From: Methanosarcinales archaeon
GTDB lineage: Bacteria > Omnitrophota > Gorgyraeia > Duberdicusellales > 4484-171
DNA length: 64,000 nt
NCBI GenBank assembly: GCA_048634245.1
Contig: JAIWAR010000002.1
Span: 5,418-69,417 of the forward strand
Direction of reading: 5' to 3'
The notes under the pieces: generated by a model
The model's database searches: none
The model's input: only the letters and a program-made list of their open reading frames with translations
What the model was told of the DNA's origin: nothing
Program-made: the position numbers and the translations under genes
Shown: in pieces, positions 38,091 through 48,147 of the stretch
Numbering within the stretch: the first letter of the stretch is position 1
How the letters are laid out: every line of letters begins with the position of its first letter

Positions 38091-38696
38091 TTATTTTATT
38101 AATTTCACGCAATCAAAGTGATAAACCCCTTTACCCATTATGCGAGGCTCAAATTGAAAGCTTACAATAGGAAAATTTAAAACTTCGTTTCTGTCAGCAT
38201 CTTCGGGCTGCCAATCTCCCCGGGGAAAGAATTCCGCCAAAGGACAAATAACTTTTTTCCAGCCTGATGTATCATCATCAAGGAAAAACCGCCAAAGCTC
38301 TCCACCGGAATCTTTTATGTCAAAAGCAATAATTCCACCGGAATTACGGCCGTGCATATATAAACTGAAAGCATTATACTCTGCCCACTTAATATCCTCG
38401 GGTGGAGCTTCCCACCTGGCCGCTCCTTTGGTATCCAGGCCATACCCCCTCGCTACCCACATATAACCGGAAGGATTTAATTCAAAATCCAGCTTTAAAG
38501 ACTGCTCTCCGCAAATCTTTATTTTTTTATCGCAAACTACCGTCAAGGAAGAATTTTCTGAAGAACCGAAATCAACGGTTCCACTGTTTATCTCACCCTC
38601 AAAACTATCAAGCAAAAACTCCGGCGGCGCTTTAGTACAGCCAACGGAAAGAACAAGAAAACAACCTACGAATAAAATGTAGATATTCTTCATCAT
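38091..38696 (-). CDS. Putative lipoprotein (lipobox LSVGC), beta-sandwich-like
   Basis: Signal peptide plus Cys lipobox. A 3-bp gap to the upstream gene. Confidence 0.45.
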   Translation of the reverse strand: MMKNIYILFVGCFLVLSVGCTKAPPEFLLDSFEGEINSGTVDFGSSENSSLTVVCDKKIKICGEQSLKLDFELNPSGYMWVARGYGLDTKGAARWEAPPEDIKWAEYNAFSLYMHGRNSGGIIAFDIKDSGGELWRFFLDDDTSGWKKVICPLAEFFPRGDWQPEDADRNEVLNFPIVSFQFEPRIMGKGVYHFDCVKLIK

Positions 38697-38754
38697 TTAC
38701 CCCTTATTTTTAATTAGTATAGCACAGATTTAGAAAAAAGTTAATGGCCTAAGA

Positions 38755-39801
38755 TCAATCTTTCTCAATGATTCCACCTCCCAACAATAAGTCCTTGTAA
38801 TAAAATGCGGCTATTTGCCCCGGAGCTATGGCCTCAATTTTTTTAGTTAATCTAACCTCCGCTCTTGAACCTACAATATTTAAAGTACAGGGGTAAGTCA
38901 AAGAATTATAACGCACTTTTACTTCGATACTCTTAAACTTCCCTAAAGGATAAAACCAATTAAGAGAGTTTACCAAAAAAGTATCCTTGGATAAAAATCT
39001 CCGCTCAGCCACAATGACCTGATTATTCTTATTATCAATCCCAGTCACATAAAGAGGCTCTTTCCAGCCTATTTTCAGCCCTCCCCTCTGGCCATAGGTA
39101 TAATAATAAATACCTTTATGCCGGCCTAAAAAATCTCCTTTTATATGTCTTATCCGGCCGGAATATTTATAATAATCAGCCGTATTCTCTTCAATAAATT
39201 CCGGATATTCCTTGTCATTAATAAAACAAACATCCTGACTTTCTTTTCTTTCTTTATGAATAATCTTCCTGGATTTCGCAATCCGCTTGACCTCTTCTTT
39301 TGTATAATTGCCTAAAGGAAAAACTAAATGTTTTAAGGCTGCCGGCGCAAGCATTGCCAGGAAGTACTCCTGGGATTTCTTGCTGTCTTTGCCCTTCTTA
39401 AGAAGGTACTTTCCGTCTTTTTTTACCAAACGAGCATAGTGGCCTGTAGCTAAATAGTTAATACCTAAAGATCTTACCTTTTGCAGAAAAGCTCCAAACT
39501 TAATTAAACGATTGCAATAAACGCAAGGATTAGGAGTCAAACCCTGAAGATAACTGTTTATAAAATAATCAATAACCTTTTTCTTAAATAAAACACCTAC
39601 ATCCAGCACATAATGAGGAATGTCCAGCTTATAGCATAGCTTTCTGGCCTGGTCTAAGCTATCTAAATCGCAGCAACGATTCTCCCGGGGATAAAATTTT
39701 AGGGTAAAACCGACTACATCCCAGCCGCTTTTTTTTAAAAGGTAAGCGGCCAGAGAAGAATCAACTCCTCCGCTTAAACCCACAGCGATTCTTTTTTTCA
39801 T
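38755..39801 (-). CDS. mnmA: tRNA-specific 2-thiouridylase
   Basis: IAVGLSGGVDSS PP-loop and CVYCN motifs. Confidence 0.85.
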   Translation of the reverse strand: MKKRIAVGLSGGVDSSLAAYLLKKSGWDVVGFTLKFYPRENRCCDLDSLDQARKLCYKLDIPHYVLDVGVLFKKKVIDYFINSYLQGLTPNPCVYCNRLIKFGAFLQKVRSLGINYLATGHYARLVKKDGKYLLKKGKDSKKSQEYFLAMLAPAALKHLVFPLGNYTKEEVKRIAKSRKIIHKERKESQDVCFINDKEYPEFIEENTADYYKYSGRIRHIKGDFLGRHKGIYYYTYGQRGGLKIGWKEPLYVTGIDNKNNQVIVAERRFLSKDTFLVNSLNWFYPLGKFKSIEVKVRYNSLTYPCTLNIVGSRAEVRLTKKIEAIAPGQIAAFYYKDLLLGGGIIEKD

Positions 39802-40193
39802 TTTTTCTTATCTTGTGAGGTTTTTTTGCGGTAATCGTCAACGGCCGAATGTAAACCCTCTTCAGCCAGAAGAGAACAGTGCATCTTAATTGCCGGTAAT
39901 CCGCCTAATTCTTCGGCTACATCTTTATTGGTAATCTTTAAGGCACGATCAAGCGTTTTACCCTTGGCAAGCTCGGTTAAGACTGAAGAGGTGGCAATAG
40001 CCGCTACACAGCCAAAAGTTTCGAATCTACAATCTACGATTACATCATTTTCAACTTTAATATATATCCACATCACGTCTCCGCAGACTGGATTGCCAAC
40101 CTTACCGATACCGTCAGGGTTTTCAATCTTACCCATATTACGGGGGTTACGAAAATAATCCAAAACTCGCTCAGTATAATCAAGATTAGACAT
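39798..40193 (-). CDS. iscU: Fe-S cluster assembly scaffold IscU/NifU-like
   Basis: GNPVCGD...ETFGCVAAIATSS...HCS, three conserved Cys. Confidence 0.85.
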   Translation of the reverse strand: MSNLDYTERVLDYFRNPRNMGKIENPDGIGKVGNPVCGDVMWIYIKVENDVIVDCRFETFGCVAAIATSSVLTELAKGKTLDRALKITNKDVAEELGGLPAIKMHCSLLAEEGLHSAVDDYRKKTSQDKKK

Positions 40194-41109
40194 AATTGAC
40201 CATCCTTTCTAATGCTACAAGGGCTTTGTTTATTATTTCCGGGCCTAACTCTATCTTATGCTCGTTTTTGCTTAGAGCCCGGTATATATCTTCAAGAGTT
40301 GTCATTTTCATGCTTGTACAAATCTTTGCCGTGCCTAATGAGTAAAATTTCTTACCCGGGTTCTCTTTACTCAAACGATAAATTAATCCCTCTTCCGTAC
40401 CGATAATAAATTTCTCCGCTTTAGATTCTTTTGCCCGCCGTAACATCCCGACGGTTGAAACAACAAAATCAGCCTCCTCTAAAATTTCCTTAACACACTC
40501 CGGATGAGCCATGACTTCTGCGTCAGGATGAATTTTTTTTGCCGCTCGGAGATCTTTTAAAGAAAAATACTCGTGCACAAAACAATAACCGGGCCAAATA
40601 ATTATTTCTTTTTGAGGAACATTTTTCTTCACCCACCAGCCTAGATTTTTATCAGGAACAAAAATTACTTTCTTTACCGGAACATTTTTTACTACAGTAA
40701 CCGCGTTGGCTGAAGTGCAGCAAACATCGCTTAAGGCCTTTATCTGGGCGGAAGTATTTACATAACTTACCACCCAAGCATCAGGATGCTCTTTTTTCAA
40801 CTCAACAAGCTGCTGAGTATCAATCATATCCGCTAGCGGACAACCGGCTTCTTGAACCGGCAAGAGGACAGTTTTTAAAGAAGACAAAATCTTAGCGGTC
40901 TCGGCCATAAATCTTACCCCGGCAAAAACAATAATCTCTTTTTCAACGTCCCGGGACTTCTTGGACAATTCCAAAGAATCACCTAAAAAATCAGCTATAT
41001 CCTGAATCTCGGGAGCTTGATAATTATGAACGAGTAAAACCGCATTCTTTTCTTCTTTCAATCTCAGGATTTCTTCTCTTAAAGCCGGCTTATCCAAATC
41101 TAAAGTCAT
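40186..41109 (-). CDS. nadA: Quinolinate synthase A
   Basis: LVHNYQ...FMAETAKIL...YVNTSA...CCTSANA motifs. Confidence 0.8.
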   Translation of the reverse strand: MTLDLDKPALREEILRLKEEKNAVLLVHNYQAPEIQDIADFLGDSLELSKKSRDVEKEIIVFAGVRFMAETAKILSSLKTVLLPVQEAGCPLADMIDTQQLVELKKEHPDAWVVSYVNTSAQIKALSDVCCTSANAVTVVKNVPVKKVIFVPDKNLGWWVKKNVPQKEIIIWPGYCFVHEYFSLKDLRAAKKIHPDAEVMAHPECVKEILEEADFVVSTVGMLRRAKESKAEKFIIGTEEGLIYRLSKENPGKKFYSLGTAKICTSMKMTTLEDIYRALSKNEHKIELGPEIINKALVALERMVNYV

Positions 41110-41142
41110 TACAAACTCCTTACCGAAAGATTCTCTAACGGA

Positions 41143-42300
41143 TTAATTCTGCCAAAACGGTGAAATTTTCCGTAATTTTTCCACTATCGGCGGTAAAACC
41201 GTTAAAACCTTATTGATATCCTCATCACAAGTGTATTTTCCTAAACTCATCCTCAATGAACCGTGAGCAACGTCAGCCGGTAGCCCCATGGCTAAAAGAA
41301 CATGAGAAGGCTCCAGGGAACCGGAAGTGCAGGCCGAACCGCTGGAAGCGCATACCCCTTCAAAATCTAAATTTATTAAGATACTCTCTCCTTCAATATG
41401 CCGTATACAGATATTCAGGGTATTATATATCCGCTTCCGGAGATGTCCGTTAATTTTTATTTCGGGAATTTTTTCTTTTATCCCCGCTTCCAGCTTATCC
41501 CGAAGAACCCTTATTCTTTTTTCATCATCCTTCATCTCTATCATAGCTAACCGGGCTGCCTCACCTAAACCCACTATACCGGCAACATTTTCAGTGCCTG
41601 AGCGTCTTCCTCGCTCATGCCCTCCGCCGTGAAGAAGAGAAAAGAATTTTACTCCCTTTTTTATATATAAAGCGCCCACGCCTTTAGGCCCATAAAACTT
41701 ATGGCCGGAGAGTGAAAGCAAATCCACCCCTAAAGCCTCTACATCAATGCCTACTTTACCTACAGCCTGAACAGCGTCACTATGAAAATAAACCTCTCTT
41801 TTTCTGCAAATATCGGCAATTTTTTTTATCGGCTGAATCATCCCCACTTCATTATTGGTATGCATAATTGAAACTAAAGCAGTCGTATCCTTAATGCTGC
41901 TCTCTAATTCTTCCAAATCTATTAGGCCCTGTTTATTGACCCCTAAATAAGTTACTTCAAACCCGAGTTTTTCCATTGCCTGACAGGAACGCAGCACAGC
42001 ATGATGCTCTATCTTACTGGTAATAATATGCCTTCGGTTATTCCGGCAAGCAAAAACAACACCCTTTATAGCCGTATTATCAGACTCGGTTCCTCCGGAA
42101 GTAAATATAATTTCACCGGGCTGAGCCCCCAATAACCGGGCTAGAAAACTTCGGGCCTCTTCTACCGCCCGCTTAGATTCTTGAGCAAAACGGTAGACTG
42201 AAGAAGGATTGCTGTAAATATCCTTAAAATAAGGCATCATCTTTTCCAGTACTCTTTTATCCAAAGGGGTAGTAGCATTATAATCTAAGTAAGTCATCAC
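41143..42300 (-). CDS. iscS: Cysteine desulfurase (IscS/NifS family)
   Basis: SGHKFYGPKG PLP-Lys motif, SSGSACTS active-site Cys loop. Confidence 0.85.
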   Translation of the reverse strand: MMTYLDYNATTPLDKRVLEKMMPYFKDIYSNPSSVYRFAQESKRAVEEARSFLARLLGAQPGEIIFTSGGTESDNTAIKGVVFACRNNRRHIITSKIEHHAVLRSCQAMEKLGFEVTYLGVNKQGLIDLEELESSIKDTTALVSIMHTNNEVGMIQPIKKIADICRKREVYFHSDAVQAVGKVGIDVEALGVDLLSLSGHKFYGPKGVGALYIKKGVKFFSLLHGGGHERGRRSGTENVAGIVGLGEAARLAMIEMKDDEKRIRVLRDKLEAGIKEKIPEIKINGHLRKRIYNTLNICIRHIEGESILINLDFEGVCASSGSACTSGSLEPSHVLLAMGLPADVAHGSLRMSLGKYTCDEDINKVLTVLPPIVEKLRKISPFWQN

Positions 42301-42340
42301 TTTTCTCTTTTTGCTATCGTATACTATATAATAATGGGTG

Positions 42341-43579
42341 TCAAATATTTTCTTGAATTGACCGCTTTTGCCAGATAAAAACCTTATCCTTGCGTTTTAC
42401 GGTAAAGGGGAGTTTAACTCCTCCGACTTGCCCCTTTTCTATGCGCTCTACGAACTTATGGTTTATTTGAATGTCTTTAACCCTGGCAAAGGATGCCGGG
42501 GTATTCTTGCCGACACAGAGAATCTGAACGCCTTTTTTTAAACTTCCGTTTCTCAGGCAGATTTCGGCTACACTGATTTTTTTATAGAATTTTATTACTT
42601 CACCGAGATAAATCTTCTCATAACTATTTTCTAAAATCCGGCTGGGAAAGCCCCCTGGTTCACCCCAATAAAAACCATTAGAAAATCCCCGATTATAAAC
42701 AGTATACAACTCTTTCTTTAACTTCTCTTTTAAAGCCTTGGTCAGCTTACCCTTAAAATAAGCATCGATTGCCTTCCGATACACAGAAGTTACTACTCGA
42801 ATATATTCCGGAGAACGATTTCTACCCTCTATCTTAAAAGCATTAATCCCGGCCTCTATCAAGCTATCGATAAAATCAATAGTGCATAAGTCTTTAGGAC
42901 TTAAGATATAGTCACAACCGGCTACGTACTGAGTTTCGCCTTGGGTATCAACGATTAAATACTCTCTTCGACAAGGCTGAATACACTCCCCCCGGTTAGC
43001 TGATTTGGAAAATGAATATTGGGATAAAAAACACCTCCCCGAAAGGCTCAAACACATCGCACCATGGATAAAAGCCTCCACCTCACAATCTAAATTCTGT
43101 TTCTTAGCTCGGGAAATTATATTTTTGATATCCAAAAGACTGCACTCCCGGGCTAAAACCACTCTTTTTACGCCCCTTAAAGCGTAATTTTTTAGGGCGG
43201 GAAAATTAGCTACGCTAGCCTGGGTAGATAAGTGAATCTTTAAGCCCAGCTCCTGAGCAATAGAAAAAACCGCCATATCCCAAAGAATAACTCCGTCTAC
43301 TCCGGATTGTTTAGCCTCTTTTAGAATCTTCTTGACTTTATTAATCTCTTTATCATAGATAATAACATTTAAAGCTAAGTACCCTTGACGTTTTCTCTTA
43401 TGCAGCAATTTCATTATCTTTTTTATCTCTAAAATATCAAAGTTAGCGGCCAGATTGCGCATATTAAGGCCTTTTATGCCAAAATAAACACTGTCAGCGC
43501 CAGAATCTAAGGCGCTATAAAAAGAGCTCCAATCTCTAGCCGGCGCAATTAATTCCGGCTTTTTAATTTTTTTCTTCAT
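42341..43579 (-). CDS. Peptidase U32 family protein (RlhA/TrhP/UbiU-like Fe-S hydroxylase family)
   Basis: U32 conserved Cys pattern (GAMCLSLSGRC..., ECIQPC). Confidence 0.75.
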   Translation of the reverse strand: MKKKIKKPELIAPARDWSSFYSALDSGADSVYFGIKGLNMRNLAANFDILEIKKIMKLLHKRKRQGYLALNVIIYDKEINKVKKILKEAKQSGVDGVILWDMAVFSIAQELGLKIHLSTQASVANFPALKNYALRGVKRVVLARECSLLDIKNIISRAKKQNLDCEVEAFIHGAMCLSLSGRCFLSQYSFSKSANRGECIQPCRREYLIVDTQGETQYVAGCDYILSPKDLCTIDFIDSLIEAGINAFKIEGRNRSPEYIRVVTSVYRKAIDAYFKGKLTKALKEKLKKELYTVYNRGFSNGFYWGEPGGFPSRILENSYEKIYLGEVIKFYKKISVAEICLRNGSLKKGVQILCVGKNTPASFARVKDIQINHKFVERIEKGQVGGVKLPFTVKRKDKVFIWQKRSIQENI

Positions 43580-43610
43580 GTTAAAAAAAGGAAGGAAACA
43601 ATCTTAACGG

Positions 43611-44081
43611 TTATCTTGATATTTTAATTATTTTGTATTCTAAAGTTCCGGCTGGAACATCTATCTTTACAATGTCATTTTCCTTATGGCCTAACAAAAC
43701 TTTACCTACCGGAGAAGTCACTGAAATCAGGCCCTTTAAAGCATCAGCCTCATCTTGGCCTACCAGAGTATACTCAAGCTCTTCATCAGTATCTAAATCG
43801 AGAAGGGTTACTTTAGCACTGATATAGATTTTATCCGTAACTATCTTGTCCTCATCAATAATCTCAACCCGGCTTAACTTATCTTCTAACTCCGACACTC
43901 TCATTTCATTCTTAGCCATTGCGTCTTTAGCCGAATGATATTCGGCGTTCTCTTTTAAATCGCCCAAGGAACGAGCGTGCTCTATGGCCAGAGAAATCTC
44001 CCTTCTCTTAACTACCTTTAGATGTTCCAGCTCTTCAGTTAACTTTTCATACCCGGCTCTGGTTAAATATACCCTTTCCAT
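43611..44081 (-). CDS. greA: Transcription elongation factor GreA
   Basis: N-terminal coiled coil plus FKBP-like C-terminus; 156 aa. Confidence 0.85.
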   Translation of the reverse strand: MERVYLTRAGYEKLTEELEHLKVVKRREISLAIEHARSLGDLKENAEYHSAKDAMAKNEMRVSELEDKLSRVEIIDEDKIVTDKIYISAKVTLLDLDTDEELEYTLVGQDEADALKGLISVTSPVGKVLLGHKENDIVKIDVPAGTLEYKIIKISR

Positions 44082-44117
44082 AATAATCCTTCTTTTGTTT
44101 AAGGTGTTCTTTTCATA

Positions 44118-44975
44118 TTAAATAGCCCTTAATATTGCCTTAATTATATCGGGTTTATTAAGAGTAAAAAAATGGAGCTTTTTAACCCCGTTTCTCACCA
44201 AATCCCGGCACTGTTTTATAGTAAAGTCGATCCCGGCCTTTTCCTGCTCCTGAGGATTATTGATAAGGCTGGCCATAGTTTCCTCGATATTTTTGGGAAT
44301 GGTTACCCGGCAAATAGACGCGAATTGCTTGACCTTAGTTATATCCGTTATGGGTAAAATCCCCGGTAGAATTGGAATATTAATTCCTTTTTTCTCCATT
44401 CTATCAAGCAATCTATAATAATAGGTATTATCAAAAAACATTTGAGTTACCGCAAAATCAACACCGGCGTCAATTTTTTGCCGGGCATAATCTAAATCTT
44501 CCTCGAGAGAAGAAGTTTCAATATGCCCTTCCGGATACACAGCAACCCCGATACAAAAGCGGCCGTATTTTTTTATAGCTTTAACTAAATCCCGGGCGCA
44601 AAAAAAGTTCTGGCCTAAAAAATCAAAATTGCCGACTCCTTGTGGGGGATCACCACGTAAGACCATGATATTCCCAATGCCTTTTTTCGTACAATCATCT
44701 AAAAAGTCTTGGAGTATTTCCTCGTTTAAATCAAGACAGGTTAAGTGCGGCATAACCTCTAAACCCTTTTGCTCTAAAAGCAAAGCGACTGCCGCCTTAG
44801 TCGCTGCCCTAGTCGTTCCTCCTGCCCCGCAAGTCATAGAAGCATATAATGGTTTGCACTCTCCCAAAGCTTTGATTGTGTTTATCAGGGCGGATTTACT
44901 CCGTTCACTTCTTGGCGGGAAAAACTCAAAAGCCACTCCCCGATCATTTTGTTTAAGAATTTCGCTTATTTTCAT
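44118..44975 (-). CDS. metF: Methylenetetrahydrofolate reductase
   Basis: FEFFPPRS..., MTCGAGG, HLTC motifs. Confidence 0.8.
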   Translation of the reverse strand: MKISEILKQNDRGVAFEFFPPRSERSKSALINTIKALGECKPLYASMTCGAGGTTRAATKAAVALLLEQKGLEVMPHLTCLDLNEEILQDFLDDCTKKGIGNIMVLRGDPPQGVGNFDFLGQNFFCARDLVKAIKKYGRFCIGVAVYPEGHIETSSLEEDLDYARQKIDAGVDFAVTQMFFDNTYYYRLLDRMEKKGINIPILPGILPITDITKVKQFASICRVTIPKNIEETMASLINNPQEQEKAGIDFTIKQCRDLVRNGVKKLHFFTLNKPDIIKAILRAI

Positions 44976-45063
44976 ATTCGTCTACCGGATTCAAATTTAG
45001 CCTGAATCAGCATTGTTGTATTTTATCATGGACAAGAAAGCATATCAATGCAATTTCCCAAAC

Positions 45064-45918
45064 CTAAAGCAAAGTATGAGCCAGATAAGAAGAACGAACA
45101 TAAGGCGCGCTCTTTACTCCTCGAAATCCCAGATTTTGAGCGTATTCTTTAAAATAGCTGAATTTATCGGGATGGACGTATTCTTTTAAAGGGTAGTGCT
45201 TTAATGAAGGGGATAAATATTGGCCCAGAGTCAAGAAATCACAATTAACTCTTCTCAAATCCATCAAAGCCTGAATAACCTCACCCTCCTCTTCGCCTAA
45301 ACCTAAGATAAGGCCGGATTTAGTAAGAACTTTTTTGTTTGCCTCCTTAATCAACCGTAAAACATCCAATGACCTCTCATAATCGGCGCCCTTTCTTACC
45401 TTTGCATATAACGAAGCCGGGGTCTCTAAATTATGAACGATCACCTCGGCTTTAGAACTTACAACTTTTTTAATCAACCTTTTCTCTCCCTTAAAATCAG
45501 GGATCAAAATTTCTACTTTCATCCCGGAACTTATACTCATTACCTCCTCTACGGTTTGACAAAAAAGATCTGCCCCTTTACAATCAAGGTCATCCCGGGT
45601 TGGAGAGGTAATAACCACATAATTCAAGCTTAATCGTTTAACTGCCTCTTTTACGCGCTTAGGTTCGCTAAAATCAACCGGGGAGGGCTGCCCTTTATTA
45701 ATCCCGCAAAAAGCGCAAGCTCTGGTACAGGTATCTCCAAGAATCATAAAAGTAGCAACCCCGCTGCGAAAACACTCTGAAATATTGGGACAGGAAGATT
45801 CCTCGCAAACACTATGCAGATTTAGCCCTCTTAAAATGTTCTTTATCCTGCGACAAGAGCCAAGATCTATCTTTTTGTTTAACCATAAAGGTTTCGGGGA
45901 TATTTTAGGCATTTCCAA
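45064..45918 (-). CDS. lipA: Lipoyl synthase
   Basis: CEESSCPN and CTRACAFC Cys clusters. Confidence 0.9.
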   Translation of the reverse strand: MEMPKISPKPLWLNKKIDLGSCRRIKNILRGLNLHSVCEESSCPNISECFRSGVATFMILGDTCTRACAFCGINKGQPSPVDFSEPKRVKEAVKRLSLNYVVITSPTRDDLDCKGADLFCQTVEEVMSISSGMKVEILIPDFKGEKRLIKKVVSSKAEVIVHNLETPASLYAKVRKGADYERSLDVLRLIKEANKKVLTKSGLILGLGEEEGEVIQALMDLRRVNCDFLTLGQYLSPSLKHYPLKEYVHPDKFSYFKEYAQNLGFRGVKSAPYVRSSYLAHTLL

Positions 45919-46717
45919 ATATTTTATAATTATTCCATGCTTTTGTCTTATACTTTTCCTTCAGAAAAAAAGCTACCTTTTCACTCTCTGAGAGTGAGAG
46001 CCCCCCCTGATTAAACTCTACCTTAAAGATAAATTCAAAACTTCGGGACAAAAGAGAACGCAAAAAGCAAAAGTCTAGAGTTTTACCCAAAGCCTCATTT
46101 AAAGATATTGCCCTCTCCTTAAGGCCATTTGACCCTTTTATAATCTTCCCAACATAGGTTGAGTCAATCTCCTGGGGAATGCTGCCATGCTGAAAAATAA
46201 TGTTTTTTTTACGCCGCTGGGCATTGCCGCCGATTTTTCTTCTGCCAATTAAAAGATCGAAATGCTGCCAGGTTGAAAAACAGGAACTTTTATATTTGCC
46301 CAGATTCTTTGAAACCTCCTGCATAGCCGGAAGTAAATCCTTAGCAAAATAAGCTTCCAACCCTAATTGATGATAAAAGTGCTTAAGAAAAGAACAAATT
46401 ATCCGGTAAGACTCTTTAACTCCCCCGGATAGATTTAAATCTTCTAAGGAACAAACTAAACTATAAGTAAGTTCTTTATGATGAAGAATAGCCGAGCCGC
46501 CGGTTATCCTTCTTACAAAAGAAATTTCCTCGCAAAGGTTTAAAACCTCCCGAGGATCTTGGTTATATCCCAGAGAAACAAAAGGTTCTTTCCATCCATA
46601 TACTCTTAAGGTAGGAGTTTTATGAGAACGGTAATTGGATAATATAGCCTCATCAACAGCCATATTATAGTAACCGTCACCTTTTTGATCTACAATCAGG
46701 CGCCAGGTTTTTCCCAT
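45905..46717 (-). CDS. Lipoate-protein ligase / octanoyltransferase family protein (BPL/LPL catalytic domain)
   Basis: RRITGGSAILH and KIGGNAQRR motifs. Confidence 0.65.
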   Translation of the reverse strand: MGKTWRLIVDQKGDGYYNMAVDEAILSNYRSHKTPTLRVYGWKEPFVSLGYNQDPREVLNLCEEISFVRRITGGSAILHHKELTYSLVCSLEDLNLSGGVKESYRIICSFLKHFYHQLGLEAYFAKDLLPAMQEVSKNLGKYKSSCFSTWQHFDLLIGRRKIGGNAQRRKKNIIFQHGSIPQEIDSTYVGKIIKGSNGLKERAISLNEALGKTLDFCFLRSLLSRSFEFIFKVEFNQGGLSLSESEKVAFFLKEKYKTKAWNNYKIFGNA

Positions 46718-48147
46718 TTTAAATCCGGAAATCTGGCTGCCCTTACTTCATCAACCCTTTTAACCGGCGCCAGGCGGGGGCAAGCCTTGACCTTTTCACA
46801 ATCGGTATCGATCTCCCTGTCAATATCAATCATGGTTTGAATAAAATAATCTAAGGTTTGCTTGCTTTCGGTTTCAGTAGGTTCTACCATCAAAGCTTCT
46901 TTTACAATTAAGGGGAAGTATATTGTGGGAGGATGAATGCCTGAGTCAATTAATCTTTTGGCAATATCCAGAACGGAAGCTCCTCTTTGTTTTTGCTTTT
47001 CACAGGTAAAAACAACTTCATGCATACATCTCTTAGGAAAAGCTACCTGGTAATGCTTCTTTAGCTTTTCTTTTATATAATTAGCGCAAAGAGTGGAATT
47101 TTGGGCTACCCGCAAAAGTCCATCCCCTCCTAAACGCAAAAGATAAGCATAAGCTCTTACTAAAACTCCAAAGTTACCGTAAAAGCTTCTCACTCTTCCG
47201 ATAGAATGCTTTATCGCATAGTCAAAATAAAACTTATTATTTTTTTTACCTATCAAGGGTGAAGGAAAAAAATCGCACAACTCCTCAATAGCCCCTACCG
47301 CGCCGGAACCAGGGCCGCCACAGCCATGAGGAGTAGAAAAGGTTTTATGCAAATTAAGATGAACTATATCAAAGCCCATAAGTGAAGGTTTTGTTATACC
47401 TAAAAGGGGGTTAAAGTTTGCCCCGTCATAATAAAGAAACCCCCCATTTCTGTGTATAATATCGCTTATAGCCAGAATATTGGTTTCAAATAATCCTAAA
47501 GTATTAGGATTAGTAAGCATAATAGCGGCTACATTCCCATCAACCAGCCTTTCCAACTTGCTAATATCTACCAACCCTTGAGAATCACTCTCAACCACTT
47601 GGACCTGATACCCGCACATTGCAGCAGTAGCCGGGTTTGTCCCATGAGCTGAATCAGGAATAATTACTTTGGTCTTTTTATTACCTTTAATCTCATGGTA
47701 CTTACGAATCATCAGAATTCCCGTTAACTCTCCCTGAGCACCGCTGGAAGGCTGAAAAGTAAACCTCTTCATTCCCGTAATCTCACAGAGTAACTCTTCC
47801 AGATTATAGATCAACTCTAAGGCACCGCTTAGAGCTTGCGGCTCTTGATAAGGGTGAATATCATTAAATCCCTCCAGCCCGGCCAATTCTTCGTTAATCT
47901 TGGGATTGTATTTCATGGTACAGGAACCCAGAGGATAAAAATTAGTATCGATGCAAAAATTTAATTCTGCTAAGTGTAAATAGTGACGGATAACATCCAG
48001 CTCTCCGAAACTAGGCAAAGGCAGCTCATCCCGGAGTATTTTTTTAGGAAAAATGTCCTCCAAATCCTGCAAAGGAATTTTAGGCGCGGCTAAATAAGTG
48101 GTTTTACCAAAACCTTTATCTTTATCAAATATAACCCCTTTATCCAT
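46696..48147 (-). CDS. gcvPB: Glycine dehydrogenase (decarboxylating) subunit 2
   Basis: PLP-Lys context LHKTFSTPHGCGGPG. Confidence 0.9.
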   Translation of the reverse strand: MDKGVIFDKDKGFGKTTYLAAPKIPLQDLEDIFPKKILRDELPLPSFGELDVIRHYLHLAELNFCIDTNFYPLGSCTMKYNPKINEELAGLEGFNDIHPYQEPQALSGALELIYNLEELLCEITGMKRFTFQPSSGAQGELTGILMIRKYHEIKGNKKTKVIIPDSAHGTNPATAAMCGYQVQVVESDSQGLVDISKLERLVDGNVAAIMLTNPNTLGLFETNILAISDIIHRNGGFLYYDGANFNPLLGITKPSLMGFDIVHLNLHKTFSTPHGCGGPGSGAVGAIEELCDFFPSPLIGKKNNKFYFDYAIKHSIGRVRSFYGNFGVLVRAYAYLLRLGGDGLLRVAQNSTLCANYIKEKLKKHYQVAFPKRCMHEVVFTCEKQKQRGASVLDIAKRLIDSGIHPPTIYFPLIVKEALMVEPTETESKQTLDYFIQTMIDIDREIDTDCEKVKACPRLAPVKRVDEVRAARFPDLKWEKPGA

